Below are positions 1-13,286 of a stretch of 64,000 nucleotides of DNA, one piece after another. The position numbers and the translations under genes were made by a program. This DNA comes from Phoronis australis (taxonomy: Eukaryota; Animalia; Phoronida). Location of the stretch: NCBI GenBank assembly GCA_002633005.1, contig NMRA01000411.1, positions 62,001 through 126,000 on the forward strand, in the 5' to 3' direction. Below the pieces are notes generated by a model. It worked only from the letters and a program-made list of their open reading frames with translations, was not told the origin of the DNA and did not search any database. Every line of letters starts with the position of its first letter. Position 1 is the stretch's first letter.

Positions 1-271
1 CAGCGATCGTGAGTAACTTACGTAATTGGTTATGAGTCAATTTATGGACCTTATCAACATCTAGACTGCACATAAATGGTGCATCATTAAGTGCACGGAC
101 TTCAGTAACAAACTGAAAAGAATCTTTAAGTGTGTAGTCATTCTCACTGATAGGTTTGAGAATTTTAACTAGGAGACTAATTTAGTAACTGCAGGAGGTC
201 TTATAGACGTTAATCGTTCTGGTTTGAGTATATTTTTAGATTCATTAATTGATTAATTTTGTAACACTTTG

Positions 272-519
272 CATGCGCGCACCCGGCCTCCAATATGGGT
301 GTCTCGAATTCCTGACGTTGTGGACCTTTTGCTAACAAAAGTGCAGGCGGACTAAAAAAGTAAAAAAACGGGAGCACCACTGTGAAATGCGCGTTTGCGA
401 TTATTTAGTGGACTTTTGTCCCATTTTCTCGGAGTTTTTGTCTCTCGGTGGCGGACCTTTTTGCCCACTTCGCCAAACGGAAGCTCGTTCGAGACCCCCC
501 TCCCCTGGGCGCGCGCATG
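272..519. mobile_element. MITE family A, 5-bp TSD CTTTG
   Basis: TIR catgcgcgcaccc...gggcgcgcgcatg flanked by ctttg on both sides; related copies at 2075, ~9201 and 24882. Confidence 0.9.
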
Positions 520-568
520 CTTTGTATTGGTTGCCAGGCATACTTAGTCACAGTTGCTCGTTTCATAG

Positions 569-3500
569 TTCTTGTCAATCTTCCTGAGAACGTAAAGATG
601 AGGATTTCCACAGAAGGTCCAGGGCTCGACCAAACCACTCGTGATCGAATGGACGAACAAATTATGGAAGACCTTAGAGACCACTCTACAGGCCTCCTCT
701 CCACTCTAATTTCTGGAATACAGACTATTTCTTCTCGTCTATTGAACCTTTTCCAAGTTAGCCGTGGTTGCATTGAGCTCGTTCTTGTATCTCAGAGCAA
801 AGATGCCGTGGAAGAATTTAAAAAGAAGATAAGAAATGGCGAACTCACAGACGAGGTCAAGAAACTGCTGATATCTGAGAACGTGAAAAAACTTGCAAAG
901 GGAGCTGATTTTGGATTAAAAATTGATATAATTGAAGAAGAAATTCCGAAAGGTGGGTTTGTTTTACTAGCATAAATTTTGAATTTGTTGTTAATATACA
1001 TTTTCGTTTTATGTCATCCTGTGCTATAGAAATGAATCGGAGGCAGTTTATCGGATGGCTTAGTAAAGTAAGTTCCGTACAAGTATGATAATTTTATGTA
1101 TGATGACGAGTAAAATTTGAGGCTTTTAACTTGAAGTCGAAGGGTTTGTTTTTACACCATCACCAGCTACTTTGTTATTGACGGGAACGTCTGATCGGTT
1201 CACCTGAACGCTAAATTAAAAGCAATCATAGCCTAAATGATAATATTATGAACGATCAGTGCATGCGGAGACAAAATTTAAATGCCCAGGGGTATATAGC
1301 CAGGAGACGAGTTTTTGGGTCCTGGTTTGATGAAAAAGGCTGAGCCACGCAGCCCTAGTCAAAAGACAAGTTTTTCGAGAAACAGTCCCGGATTGAAAAT
1401 CTCTGTTTAAAACCTCGATCGTATATCTAGACACAATTGAGAGCTACAAGACACTTCGTTTACATTCAGGGTGCATTCACACACTAACGTGACAAAAAGT
1501 TGTAATAAATGATGCGAAGTTTGGTTGAAATGAGTCGAACTGCAAAAAAGCTCCTTTATCACCTGCTAATCGCACTGACTCAGAGGTAACGGTTAAGTTA
1601 GGGACAGAAGGTGTCTGTAACAATAACTGTCAACTCACAAACAGCTAGAGTAGCTTATATAAATCATAGTTGTGTAATTCTAGAATGCAATACATGCCAG
1701 TCATAATGGCCGTCGCTGTATGGAAAGCCAAAGCGGAAAGAAATCCAGGACACAAATTTTCTATTCAAGAACTAAATTCTCTGCAGGACCAAAAAATATA
1801 CTCAAAACCAAAATTTATCGCGTCAGAACCTATAATTTTTCACGTCAGGAACAAAATTTAACACGTCAGGACCGAAAATTTATCACTCCAGGTCACAAAC
1901 TTTATCCCGCCAGAACACAAAATTTATCACGCCAGGACATACAAATTCTTGCCAGGAAAAAATTTCATACAAGGAGACCACGTGACAATGACGAGGTCGT
2001 CAAATCTGTCCAAGTGTACATTGGCTTCGGTTGTAAAACGTGGAAGAGACGACAGGAATTCAACCTTATTGTCACATGCAAGCACCCAGCCTAAAATATA
2101 GGGAGGCTCGAATTTTTGACGATGTGGACTTTTTACTAACAAAAAATGGGTGACGTTCAGAGCTATATGAATTGTGCATTCGCACCTTTTTAGTGGACTT
2201 CTGTCTCGTTTTACCGGACTTTTTGTTTCTCTGAGGCGGACTTTTTTGCCCACTTTGCCACTCCCTTTGGTGCGCGCACGTGTCACGATAATGTTACTGT
2301 TCTCGGTGAGACGTTGTGTACCTAATACGTCATCTCTTTGAGGGGTCACTGTTTGCGGAAGGTCACGTGGTATCCTGACGTGTGAAATTTTCCTGACGCA
2401 ATAAATTTTGCGTCCAGGCGTGATAAATTTTCGGTCCTGACGTGTTAAATTTTGGTCCTGACGTAATGAATTATAGGTCCTGTTGCGATAAATTTTGGTT
2501 TTGAATATGTTTTTGGTCCTGCAGAGAATTTAATTCTTGAATAGAAAATTTGTATGCTGGAATTTTCTCTGCTTTGGCTTTCCATATAGCTGCATAGTTA
2601 AAAAGGCGGCAAATTATGCCACCAAATGACGTTTATTTGATTGTTTTCCACCTAAACGGCTGCAACGAACAGTGGGAGTGTCGGGTGACTACCAGATTTT
2701 GCATGCGCTTCCGCCAGTCCGTTAGCTTTATATGTTGATGTAGCAGTCAGTTTACGAGGAGGTGACGAGCATAAGTCAACTATACCTGGGTAGTCAACGG
2801 CTGCCAGAAATTTCGGGGTTAAAGCTCAACACACAGTGATACAGTCACACAGCTATAGTCGGTAACTTACNCGGTATGTGATGTCTATGGGTACAACTTA
2901 CCCGAGATTACGAATAGCCTATCTCTCCTTTGAAATCTTTGTGTTCACGCACTAATGCTTCTTTGTGAAACTGGCGCGAACGATAACTGACCTTGAGATG
3001 ATCAGTCCGTGTATTGACGGTTTCAGACAATGAGCCTCCTGTGAAGTGGGCCGACGTGTTTGTAACACAGATAAAAAACAGAAATATTGACGGTGTTCTC
3101 AAGATGCTAACAGACAACGTGTCACCGAACGTAAAGGTAATTGTACCCGCTAAAACCTGCTAAATATTTGCGTGTGAATGGTGCACTAGTGCACACGACA
3201 GTTCAGAATTAGAATTGTTCCTAGCATTGAATTACCCATAGTTTTGTTTAAGAAGTTGAGTAGCACATGACATCTTCTAGAGTGACTGAGCCATGGGAAA
3301 TTTTTAAACCTAGAAGCTGACCTTGCTATTCAGTATAAGACTCGAGTGTTCAATATTACCTCATTACGTCTGTATTGCACGCCAAAACGATACTCCGAAA
3401 GTTGTTTGTACATTGTTTGGCTGATACGGTAAGGCCAAGAAGCACAGTTGGTTCTGGTATTTGGTTCGTTTGAAAATTATTGCAGTGATGCGATATTTTT

Positions 3501-6500
3501 TTAGTTCAGTTATCAAATTTTTCCAAAAATCCATCTGAGACGAGCAAAACTGGTTACTTTTTATATTTTTATTTTTATTTTTATTCCGCTACTAACTAGT
3601 TTGAAAAAATATATTTTTATTTTTATTCCGCTACTAACTAGTTTGAAAAAATATAGCTGTAGTCACACGATAGTCACTGCTCACGGCCATGCTGAACATG
3701 ACGAGGAACAGGGTCGGCACTCGTGTCGCATGGACAATCAACGGCGTTTAAGTCCTTACTTGCATGCTTTTGTGAGGATTTTTTCAAAAAAGTTCTTGAC
3801 CTTGGTTGAATTGCGAACGAAGCTTTTTCTAGGTTTCAATGGGTCGGGGTACAGATCAGACTCAACACGCTTTTTTTACCTAAGTCGACAAATATAACGT
3901 TTTTATTGACTGTATAAGTTTTTATTAGCGACATAAATATCTCTCTTCTGCACCTACAGTGAGACGGTTTTACTGTTTGAAATGCTTAATAGCAAGACTA
4001 TCTTGGTACATTCCCTAGGATGAAAGTGGTTTCACTGCCATGACTCATGCGGCCGAAAGTGGGTGCGTTGAAATTCTGCAGCTTCTAAAGACAAAAGGAG
4101 GTGACGTTACAGGCCTACATCCGGTCACGCGCGAGACACTTCTGCATTCTGCTGTGAGAAGCGGAAGTATCCGAATGGTTGAGTACGTGCTGCCGTTCTG
4201 TCATCCGGATCAACCAATAGGGGACTTGTATACGAGCGATTTCGAAGGACACACAACAAATGCTTTAATCGACATCAACGCATTTTCGTCAAAAGATAAA
4301 ACAGCGCTTCAGTTGGCGTCAGAGAAAGGTTGGCACTGTGTAGCCTACACTAACAATTTGATACCAATGTTTAATAAATGTAAACCCTCTCACTTTAATA
4401 GCTAAATTCAGTCACTGTACAACATAAATCTAACAGTAACCGAGTCTTCATAGACATTCAAGACGAAAAGACCATTTGTAAAGCATTGGCAGGGTGGTGA
4501 CAGTGGTCTGGTAGTTTGAGATTTGCTATCTATAGAAGTGGCGGTCTGCGGAGTTCAAATTTTGAACGCGTTTTTGCGAGACCCTGAACGCAAAGTTTGT
4601 AGTGCACAACTGCCTATCGGGCGCACATTTCTTTTTTAATCTCTGCCTTGTATCCTCTTAAATTTTCTTAACCAGAACAATACGTTTTCTCTCCTGACTG
4701 CCTTTTGTCGATCTATACTACTGTTGTTCCCCACACTTTACATGACGGTCGTACATGTTTCAGTCCTGTAGGTAGGCTACTTGAGACGCAAGATTTTCTC
4801 AACAAGATTTGAACATAGGCGTTTTTCCTTTTTAGGATCGTTGAGTATTGTCAAACTTCTCGTGGGCGCCGGCGCTACTTCCCTTATCGTCAACCACACG
4901 GGGGCGTTGCATTCTGCGGCCTTTGAAAGTATCCAAGCTTGGCTCGAACGTGTACGAAGAGCACGTTCGGATAAAATTTTGGCGTGCATAAATGACAACG
5001 AAAATGGCCTAAAATGTCTCAAAACCTTTTGGCAGGTATTCAAGATTTTATAGACCGGATGTTCTGGTTGATAGTTTGACGAGTTCCCACACCAGTATTT
5101 TTGCATAGAATGAATTTCAAAATCTTGTTTTCAAGTATCACTTTCAGAAGTTATATTCAAAATCAAAACAGACCCACTGTACTGCGATGGCACTAAATCT
5201 CAACATTCTGTTATTTGTCGAAAACTTTCAAAAAAATCAAAACACTTTCATTGGATGTCTACTGAAGAATACGGTGGCTAAATAGAAAATCGAAGACATT
5301 TCCTCTTAGTCTAGAGTGCCTCGGTTCTGAGTTACAAGGAAACTAAACCTTGTTTTTGACGAGTCTATCCCAAACCGGTTCCTTCAACTGCGGCTGATAC
5401 ACCTTTGTTACATCCCGTAAGTGGTAAAACTTTATTCAACCAAATCGCTTTACAGTGGTATAAAAAATGCGTTTTGTGTTTTGAAGTAGGCGTCCTTTTC
5501 CCACAGCAGTCGTGTACCTCTCCCAAACCGTAAGCAAGGCCTGTCGACTAACAGACTTTGTAATGTATTTTCAAATACGTTCGAAACTTTTGAGGATTGA
5601 CTTGGTTAAGAGAGCATTTATTTCAGATATTTAAATGAAGATGTTGCAGTTTAATAGGCTAAATTTGGATTTCGTATCGTTTTGAGAGTATTCTGAAGGA
5701 GTAAGGTTATATCAGATGATCAAGAATTATGTCGAGATGTCTGAGATAATTAAATGGGTGTTTCGAAACCATGAGATTATGATGTAAGAAGCGTCAGTGG
5801 AATGCCCGTGACGTCACACGAAAAAGACAATTATCACACGCAGTGGCGGTGGATGTCTGCTTATTTAAAAAAGTGAAACTAAATGTTTGATGATTTAATG
5901 TTCCTGGGTGTAGAATTGCACAAATCGTGGTAAACATGCATTACTTAACTGAAAATCAAATTTAAAAATTACCAGCAGGCTCTTTCCAAATCAGAAGTCA
6001 CGGTGTTCGTCAGAACGGGTACCGCGTGTTACACTTGAAATTCAGCATGCCTATACTCCTTTGTTACAATTTTCACGAGATACCAAAACTGTATCAATTG
6101 GTTCTTAAAGGCTCCATACGACCACCTGTTGGTGAACAAACTGGCTGAAACTCCTCTCATGTATGCCGCCAAGTGCTCAAGACTGGACATAGTTGAGTTT
6201 CTGCTCGAGTCAGCTGTCTACGAAGCGCGTGAAACTATGGAACAAGCACTTCATATATTGAACCTGTACGTGACATCCTGCTGTAGGAGTATTAGGCGCT
6301 ACACTTTTCCGGTCCAACTGTTCATAGTACTGGAAATCCAAACAGATGGTGCTGTGAAAGAGTTGAATATTCCCCCTTCTTCCGTTGTTTGATCTAGATC
6401 AGGGTCACTCCTACGTTGTTAGTTTAACAACACCAAGACACTGTGTATCATTTGAGTTTTTTGTAATTGATTAACTGCCTTCATAGGCGCATAAAGACGC

Positions 6501-9500
6501 ACACAAAAACCGTCGTCAGCATGCCGTTTTTAGGGGCTTCGGGAACATTTCTCCTCCAAAATGTGACTGAGACATCCCTTGTGACATGTCTGTACTCAAA
6601 TGAAATTTGTATTTCTCCATAATAAAGCAATGATATCACTGCTACATAATTTCGGTAAAAATTCAAAAGCCGTCACCAGTATTAAAATGGAACTATTTGG
6701 ATTCAAACGTTTCTGGTCGTGCCACTGACTATAATTTACCAAAAGCATCAAATGATGTCATGCGCTTGAGACAGAAGGTAGTTCCTTACGACACTGGGTA
6801 ATCCACAACCGTGAGTTCTGCATGTTTACTTGTATTTTCTGTTAAAGTGACACAATCGGAGAGAAAAATGTATTTTTTTAGATGAGTCACAACTCAGATT
6901 CTAAATCACGACTTCGGCGATCGCAGGCCCGACGCTTTGCTGTACGAGTATTCAACTGATAACCATGCCTAGAATTCAACGAATTACTGTCAGCCAACGG
7001 CGAGATCTGGAGAACTCTGATAAAATCACAAAACAAAACATTTTGCTGTTTTATGGCTCTGCTCTGTCCCAGCCAACAATAATCTCTTTTTTCGACCCTA
7101 AGACTCAGTGGGCTGTTTTAATATTTCCGACCTCGTGGGACATTCACTGAATAAAAATTTAACGTTTGTACATTTTTATTCAAGCACGAACGCTGAAGAC
7201 GAAGATCAGGACATTGACACGATATTCATTCATGGAGTTAAAGACAATGGGCCGACCTTCTTTTGTTCCATGTCAAGCCTTGACTCTGGTTGTCCTGGAG
7301 ACGTAAACGAAACTTTAGTTACTAATAATTCAGGTAAAGATGGCATCTGTTTCATAACCTAGTGACTGTGTCAATATGGTAGATCATAGGTGTATACCTA
7401 TGGAGAACAGTTGGGCAAACCCCACATTCATGGGAGTGGGAGACACCCGGGGTGGGGTGAAATTGGTCTGATGCGAGGTGAAATTGGTGTCATTGAGGGT
7501 ATGCGCTCAAATTTTCTCGCTCCCCCTCTCCTACTAAAGAAAATTTTTTAAGCCTTTACAGACTTTCAAAATGATTGAATAAACAAACTACTGTGTTGCC
7601 TGTTCACAATTTTAAGGAACGTTCTCAAAAACTTTCAAAAGTGTCGTGTGTTTGGTTAACTATAGGTACATGAGGGGCTATTGTCAGGCTACTCTTTTGT
7701 TCGAGAGCAAAGTTCTGCTTTGGGACTTTATAACTAGAGTGGAGGAGATCTATCCGCCGAATTAAAACATAGAAGTAAAGTCTAGTTGTTTACTTCATTT
7801 GCAAAATCGTTATCCACTGGTCTTGTAACAGTACGGCAGTGGCGGATCTACGATATCACAAGGTGGGGGGCCCAACATTTTGTCCGGCTGTAAGCATTTG
7901 CGCAAACTGAACCACGCTTGTAGATGCGCATAGCACCGAACGGGGTCTGGTCAGGAAATTTTTCTGTTTTTACCTCTAAAAATCAAGCATTTTCCTTGAT
8001 TCCTGAAGTATTATTCAAGAAAAAAAGGCAAAAGAAACACGGAGAACGTGTCAAACAGGAAAAACTGGAAGTACCAAAGACTCGAACTCACGACCTGGCA
8101 GGTAGAGCGCGCGTGCGTTACCACTACACCAACACGATTTAACTACTGTTCTCATACTAAGAGACTTACTTGTTTATGGTCCACAGCGTTTGCGCGCGAA
8201 ACCTACTTCTTTTTGTAATGCTTATTACACGTTTTATATTTTGTGCCATCAATTCTTAACAAATTTGTCGTATTTAAAATACCCGGTATCATCAAATGCC
8301 CAAAAGACCAAATCCGTTTTTCGTGTTGGCAATAATGACGGGATTGCTTTGGATTTCGTCTTAAGATAAGGTTTGACAAAGAGAGTATAGCGAGTTTCTG
8401 AGTGATTCACTAAGGCTTCGATTAAAATTCACATCTTACTAGCAGCTTCTGTTTTTCATCGTCACTCAGGTTCCATTTTCTTTAAAAAATGAAGTAAAAT
8501 TTCTTCATTGCACAGCGGAACAGACGACGTAAACGGAGTCGTAGTGCGCAGCGCCACTGCCGGTCGCCTGGGATATCGCGGGAGAGCCTGTACTTAGCCA
8601 TAGTTCTGTTACGAATGCGCTGTGTTCCGAATTTGACACTTGAAATTGGATTTGAGCATCCCCCCCACCCCCNGTTTCGAATTTGGCACTTGAAATTGGA
8701 TTTGAGCCCCCCCCCCAACACTAGAACTGCACACATTTAAATCTTTTTTCATCCGTATGATTTTAATTACCGGGGTTAATTAATAAACTCAACATTTCCC
8801 TACGCTCTTACTGTTTTATTTTTTGCGGCAGCCAAGGGGGGCCAGCCCCCCCCTAAATCCGCCTATGGTACGTGTATCTCAACACAATTGTTGTTAACAT
8901 TCTGTATTACATATACACGAGTCTAACGTTTCGACAAAGTCCAATACATCATTATTGAGGAGTTCACCAAAACCCAACAACAGGGTTATACAAGAAACAA
9001 AATCAACTAACCAAAACTCACTTGTAAAGAAGTCACCTACCTTTGTACGTTTGGGGCTGCTTTATTGGCCCAAAATCAGCATCGTCAATTAAGTGTGTCT
9101 ATATTAGTAACAACTATGAGTTTAAAACTATTATTGTTAAGAAAGGGACACAGCGTTCTGCGTAATGCACAGAGCATTTTGTTCGTTGCATCAATTCGTA
9201 CATCAACCGCCAGGCTCGAGGGCTCGAACGAGTCNCCCCCCCCCCCCCATTTGGCGAAGTGGGCAAAAGTACGCCCCTGAGAAACAAAAAGTCCAAGACA
9301 ATGAGACAAAAGTCCACTAAAAATTCACGTGGTGTCCCCGTTTTTTGTTTTTTATCTAGTCCACCCGGATTGTTACCAAAAGGTCCACAACGTCAGTAAT
9401 TCGAGCCCCACCCCATATTGAAGGCTGGGTACGCGCATGAGTAATAACATATTTCCACTTGTGGGTTTTTTCAGTAACATATCTAAGTCACGTGCGTGCG

Positions 9501-11662
9501 ACGGACCGCCGTGGAAAGACAGCCCTTCATTACGCCATAGACGCTGGCGACGAAGAGATTAACGTGAAGATCGCGTCATGTCTCTTGAAGACCGACCCAT
9601 CCGTGGTTAACAAGCAAGACAAAATGGGCCGCACTCCCCTGCATATTGCCAGCACACTTCTGCGTAAAAACATGGCCAAAGTGCTTCTGGTATGTGATGA
9701 GACATTCTTTTTTGATGATTTACATTGGCTAATGTAGGCCTAATTCCAAAAGTGCTGGTTAATGTGAACATTACAAAACGTTGTTACAAAGCCCATTTTT
9801 GGAAATCACCAGATCATGCCGTAAAGACAAGATAGATGTGTGTGGCCATCATGGGGAAATGGTCAACTGCGGAGCCTTAAAGTGTAAATTCAGGTGTCAA
9901 TAATTGTCCTATTAAAAATAATCTGAAGAAGTGGCAGATGCGTTGTTGACGAAACTCTATATTTGTCATATGACCAGACCTTTGAATACTGAGTCTACTT
10001 CCGTTTTGGGTTTTCGTCGAAATTGGGAGATTCGAGTATTTCTATTTCATAGGTTTCGTTACTCACTCTTCTCGATGACTTGATGATATCGACAATCACA
10101 TTTGATACTCATTTTAGCGACAGAAACACGTGAACGTGAACTTGCGAGACCATCTCGACTGGTTGCCAGACGAAGTTTGTCCTTTACGTGAACGCAGTTC
10201 TATAGTGAAGATGATACGCAAAGTTAGACTCAGCGGGTAAGATCAAATTACGAGTTCTTATTTCTTTTTCTTTTCACAAATTTAAATTATGCAGTAGGGC
10301 GTATGTAATAGCATTATACATAAATGTAGGTGTGCTCTTGAAAATGAGCAACATAAGTCAAGAATGCCAAAACAATCCTAGAGACTATGTTTTCATTGCC
10401 ATGATTGTCATAAAGAGCATTTAGTCAAACACACTCCAGAAGTTATAGGACTAGCCAACCCTGTCATGCAATTTGACCGCTCTCTCTGTGACACTGCAAG
10501 TTGAAATTAGTGATATCACAACCAAGAGTTTGAGGTGCGGTCAAAATAAGCATATTTCTGGGTTTTACGTTTGTAAACGCTTTTATCAGGGAAAGGAAAA
10601 GAATAGCTTTTAAAAGATCTTTTTGCACTTGTAACAAGCATTTTCATAGAAACTCACCTTCAGGTCTCCTGGAGTCGTCATTTGAGTGGAATTACACCTT
10701 TTACAAAGCACCTTCATTTTGAATAATTCCAGTAGTGTAGATTATCTCTTAATTTGTTGGTGGTTTCAGAAATGTTTGCTCAATTTCGGCCTTCTCTTTA
10801 TTCATGTTCTCAGCTCTTGTGTAAGACGCGTTTTGTTACGCTTTTGTTGCTAACCTTCAACATGTTCAAACTATGGCTTCTATTAAAGGCCGGCTTCTAT
10901 TCGAATCTAGGTCTCTATATCAAAAGCGTTGCGGCTGTCCTTTTATAGTGCTTATAGGATCTCCAGCACACCAAATTAGACAAAGAACCAAGTTTTTAAG
11001 ATACTGTCCTTAAAACATTATTTTACTCCACCAAGCTCATTATTTTGAGATGACTACCTGGGTTGGTAAAGTGTTTTATTTTTCCACCTGTTTATTATCG
11101 AAGTGCATATACGTGTCATTTTTGTTGCAAAATATTTCGTTTTTACAGTTGAAAACATAAGTCTTTTATAAGATTGAAACTAAAATTTTTTAAGTCGTGA
11201 ACATGTTTTACGGCTTCTTAACGAGTCTGATTTGATCTTAAGCTGTTACTTCACCCAAGACAAGAAATTCTTTCTGATCTGATAAGATGAGACCAAATTT
11301 AAAACGGCAAGACTCTTGGACGTCCACAACCTTTGATTTTTGACAGATGGCGCTGGTCTGTTTCACGTGTAATAATGTTCCATTGCAGGCCACGTGAAGA
11401 GTTTTCTGACAATACCTCAACAAACACAGAGGGCGCACACAGCAAGAAAGGAGTCGTCCCATCCGAAAAATCCATATTATCTCGTTACCTTGACGACTAT
11501 GGGTTAAATGACACATCTGAGACAGGGGTTATGGATTCTGGATTGTTTGACCCAGATCCTGACAAATACCAAAATATGGGGGCGTATACCTTGACTAAGT
11601 TAAATCTTAATTCCCATAATAAAGGCTTTGTTAAAAAGAAGTCACCATTCAAAACCGTTTGA
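569..11662 (+). CDS. TRADD-N-like domain + ankyrin-repeat protein (5'-partial, 9 exons in window)
   Basis: Phase-consistent GT-AG exons 569-952, 3027-3136, 4019-4328, 4836-5035, 6111-6265, 7185-7333, 9475-9689, 10118-10236, 11389-11662 (TGA). Ankyrin motifs DESGFTAMTHAA, ETLLHSAV, DKTALQLAS, ETPLMYAAK, GKTALHYA, GRTPLHIA. First exon (GCIELVL..EEFKKKIRNGELTDEVKKLLISE) resembles invertebrate TRADD-N-like domains. It starts at an acceptor in phase 1, so the start codon is upstream of the window. Confidence 0.8.
1715..2590. mobile_element. Foldback-type TIR element with ~200-bp inverted arms, carrying a nested MITE
   Basis: gctgtatggaaagccaaagc...caagaactaaattctctgcaggaccaaaaa mirrored by tttttggtcctgcagagaatttaattcttg...gctttggctttccatatagc; internal subrepeats like aaatttatcacgtcaggac. 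Confidence 0.85.
2075..2280. mobile_element. MITE family A, nested, 5-bp TSD TGTCA
   Basis: tgtca|catgcaagcaccc...ggtgcgcgcacg|tgtca; internal sequence matches 272-519. Confidence 0.85.
3570..3653. repeat. ~42-bp tandem duplication
   Basis: tttttatttttattccgctactaactagtttgaaaaaatata occurs twice in tandem. Confidence 0.8.
7837..8867. mobile_element. ~1-kb non-autonomous TIR element B with internal tRNA-like segment (copy 1)
   Basis: Ends cagtggcggatcta...taaatccgcctatg; flanks gtacg(g)/gtacg; near-identical reverse complement of 17217-18180. Confidence 0.9.
9201..9439. mobile_element. MITE family A, reverse orientation, left end degraded
   Basis: catttggcgaagtgggcaaaa...aaggtccacaacgtcag...gctgggtacgcgcatg is the reverse complement of 272-519. 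Confidence 0.8.
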
Positions 11663-11668
11663 ATCAGA

Positions 11669-11805
11669 GCTGTAGTGGTAAAATTAGAGGTAAGTAGGCG
11701 CCCAAAGGCCACCGTATCACCTTGAGCACTGAACGTAACTAACGGTGCGTAGGCGCCACGTTCAAATGCCAAAAGGTGATTGGCTGCGCCTACGCCCCAC
11801 TACAG
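11669..11805. mobile_element. Small MITE immediately after the ankyrin gene stop codon
   Basis: Inverted termini gctgtagtgg...ccactacagc with internal gtaggcgc/gcgcctac symmetry. Confidence 0.45.
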
Positions 11806-13286
11806 CACTAGTTTGAATGCCGTCTTTAAGGAGGCTTCTGCTATTACAGTATTCTGACTGCTTTTAGTCAATGTGCTCCGCGGAGATGCAGAAGCTTTAA
11901 AAAGGGGTTTGTGAGTACATTTACCTGGCATTTGTAATATATCAATGGGTATACCTTTCAAATATAAAAAGGTCCCACATTTAAAGTTGCGCATTTTCGA
12001 GTATTTTGAGTTTTGTTACTCTGGTAGTCGCGGAGGATGCACAATATACCGCGAGAATCAGAAATGGGTTTCTCAGTTTGTGATTGGCTAATGTTATTGT
12101 TTAAAGCGCCATCTAACGGTCAACATATGTGAAAACTTTGCAAAAAATGTTCACCTCAAAACGTGGGAACTTTTTAAACAATGAATCAGAAATATTCCAC
12201 TTGTTCACAGAAGAAAGAAGTAAATGGCCAGGTGAAAGTACTCACGAAATGTTCCCCTACAGCAGAGGGTTCACCTGTTCACTGACCAGTATTAAGTACC
12301 AAGAAATACATGTTACTAGGTTAATGTATTGATGAACCCTGCACTTTGCAGCCTCCAGGGCAGTCATAAGAAGAATTTTGTATGCTGAAACCGCTAATGG
12401 TTGGCATGTTGGACAAGTTATCAGTGCTTTTCTTGCAGATGTGTATCAGTTTATGGACAAGAGGTTAATGATTCGAACTTATTTTGGGTTTCACACCGTT
12501 AGCGCCTAATCATTTCAGAAACGGTTTTTGCATATGAAAGAGAAATTTCAGTGGAAATGAAAATTGACTGTTAATGGCAAGGCGAAATAACCCGATTTGG
12601 TAATTAACATATTTTGGTATGTGTGTGTTCATGTGTTACTGTTCCCAGCAGCAAATTTGAGCATAATAAAATACCTTTCATTTCCTATTGACAATTTTGC
12701 TTGTGTGTGTGTAGTTATCAGTCACAAATTGAGAATTAACTATGTTCCTTGTTTTTTTCACCGAATTTGTGAATTTGTGCAAACCCTGCTTGAAATTTCT
12801 AGTGCCTTGTCTTTATTACGAATTCAGTGTTGAGTTTTGATACATCGAAAGTAAACTCTAGGTCGAATTCTAAATATTACTAGCAATGTATAGAAGCCTT
12901 TTCATGCAATGTCCCTAATTTAAGGACTAAACCCTTATTAACGTTCATTGAGATACGGGCTCAGTTTTCAACATATTAGAGGAAAACAGCTCTAATATCG
13001 ATAAAGTGATTGAAAAACATAACATGTTTAAGTTAACAAAGAAGCAAGTCGCACAAGATTTAGGGAATTTAGTTGAAACCATATTCGGGCCTGTTTCGGG
13101 CAACTAGGCGTTGTGCGTTTTCGTTGGATTTTAATTTATTTTGATAACTTACATTCGGCTACAAAAATATAGCTGCCCGTAATAAAATGCTATTTAACAC
13201 TCTTTGGTTGTTGCCCTCACAAAATAATTGCATGCCACTAAGCTTTGTATTTAAGTAACATGAAACCATTTAAAATTAAATACAAA

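Noticed and set aside
387-568. N-terminal part of ORF 448-975 as the start of the ankyrin gene
   Set aside because: It lies in a MITE and has a non-ATG start; a good acceptor is present at 568.
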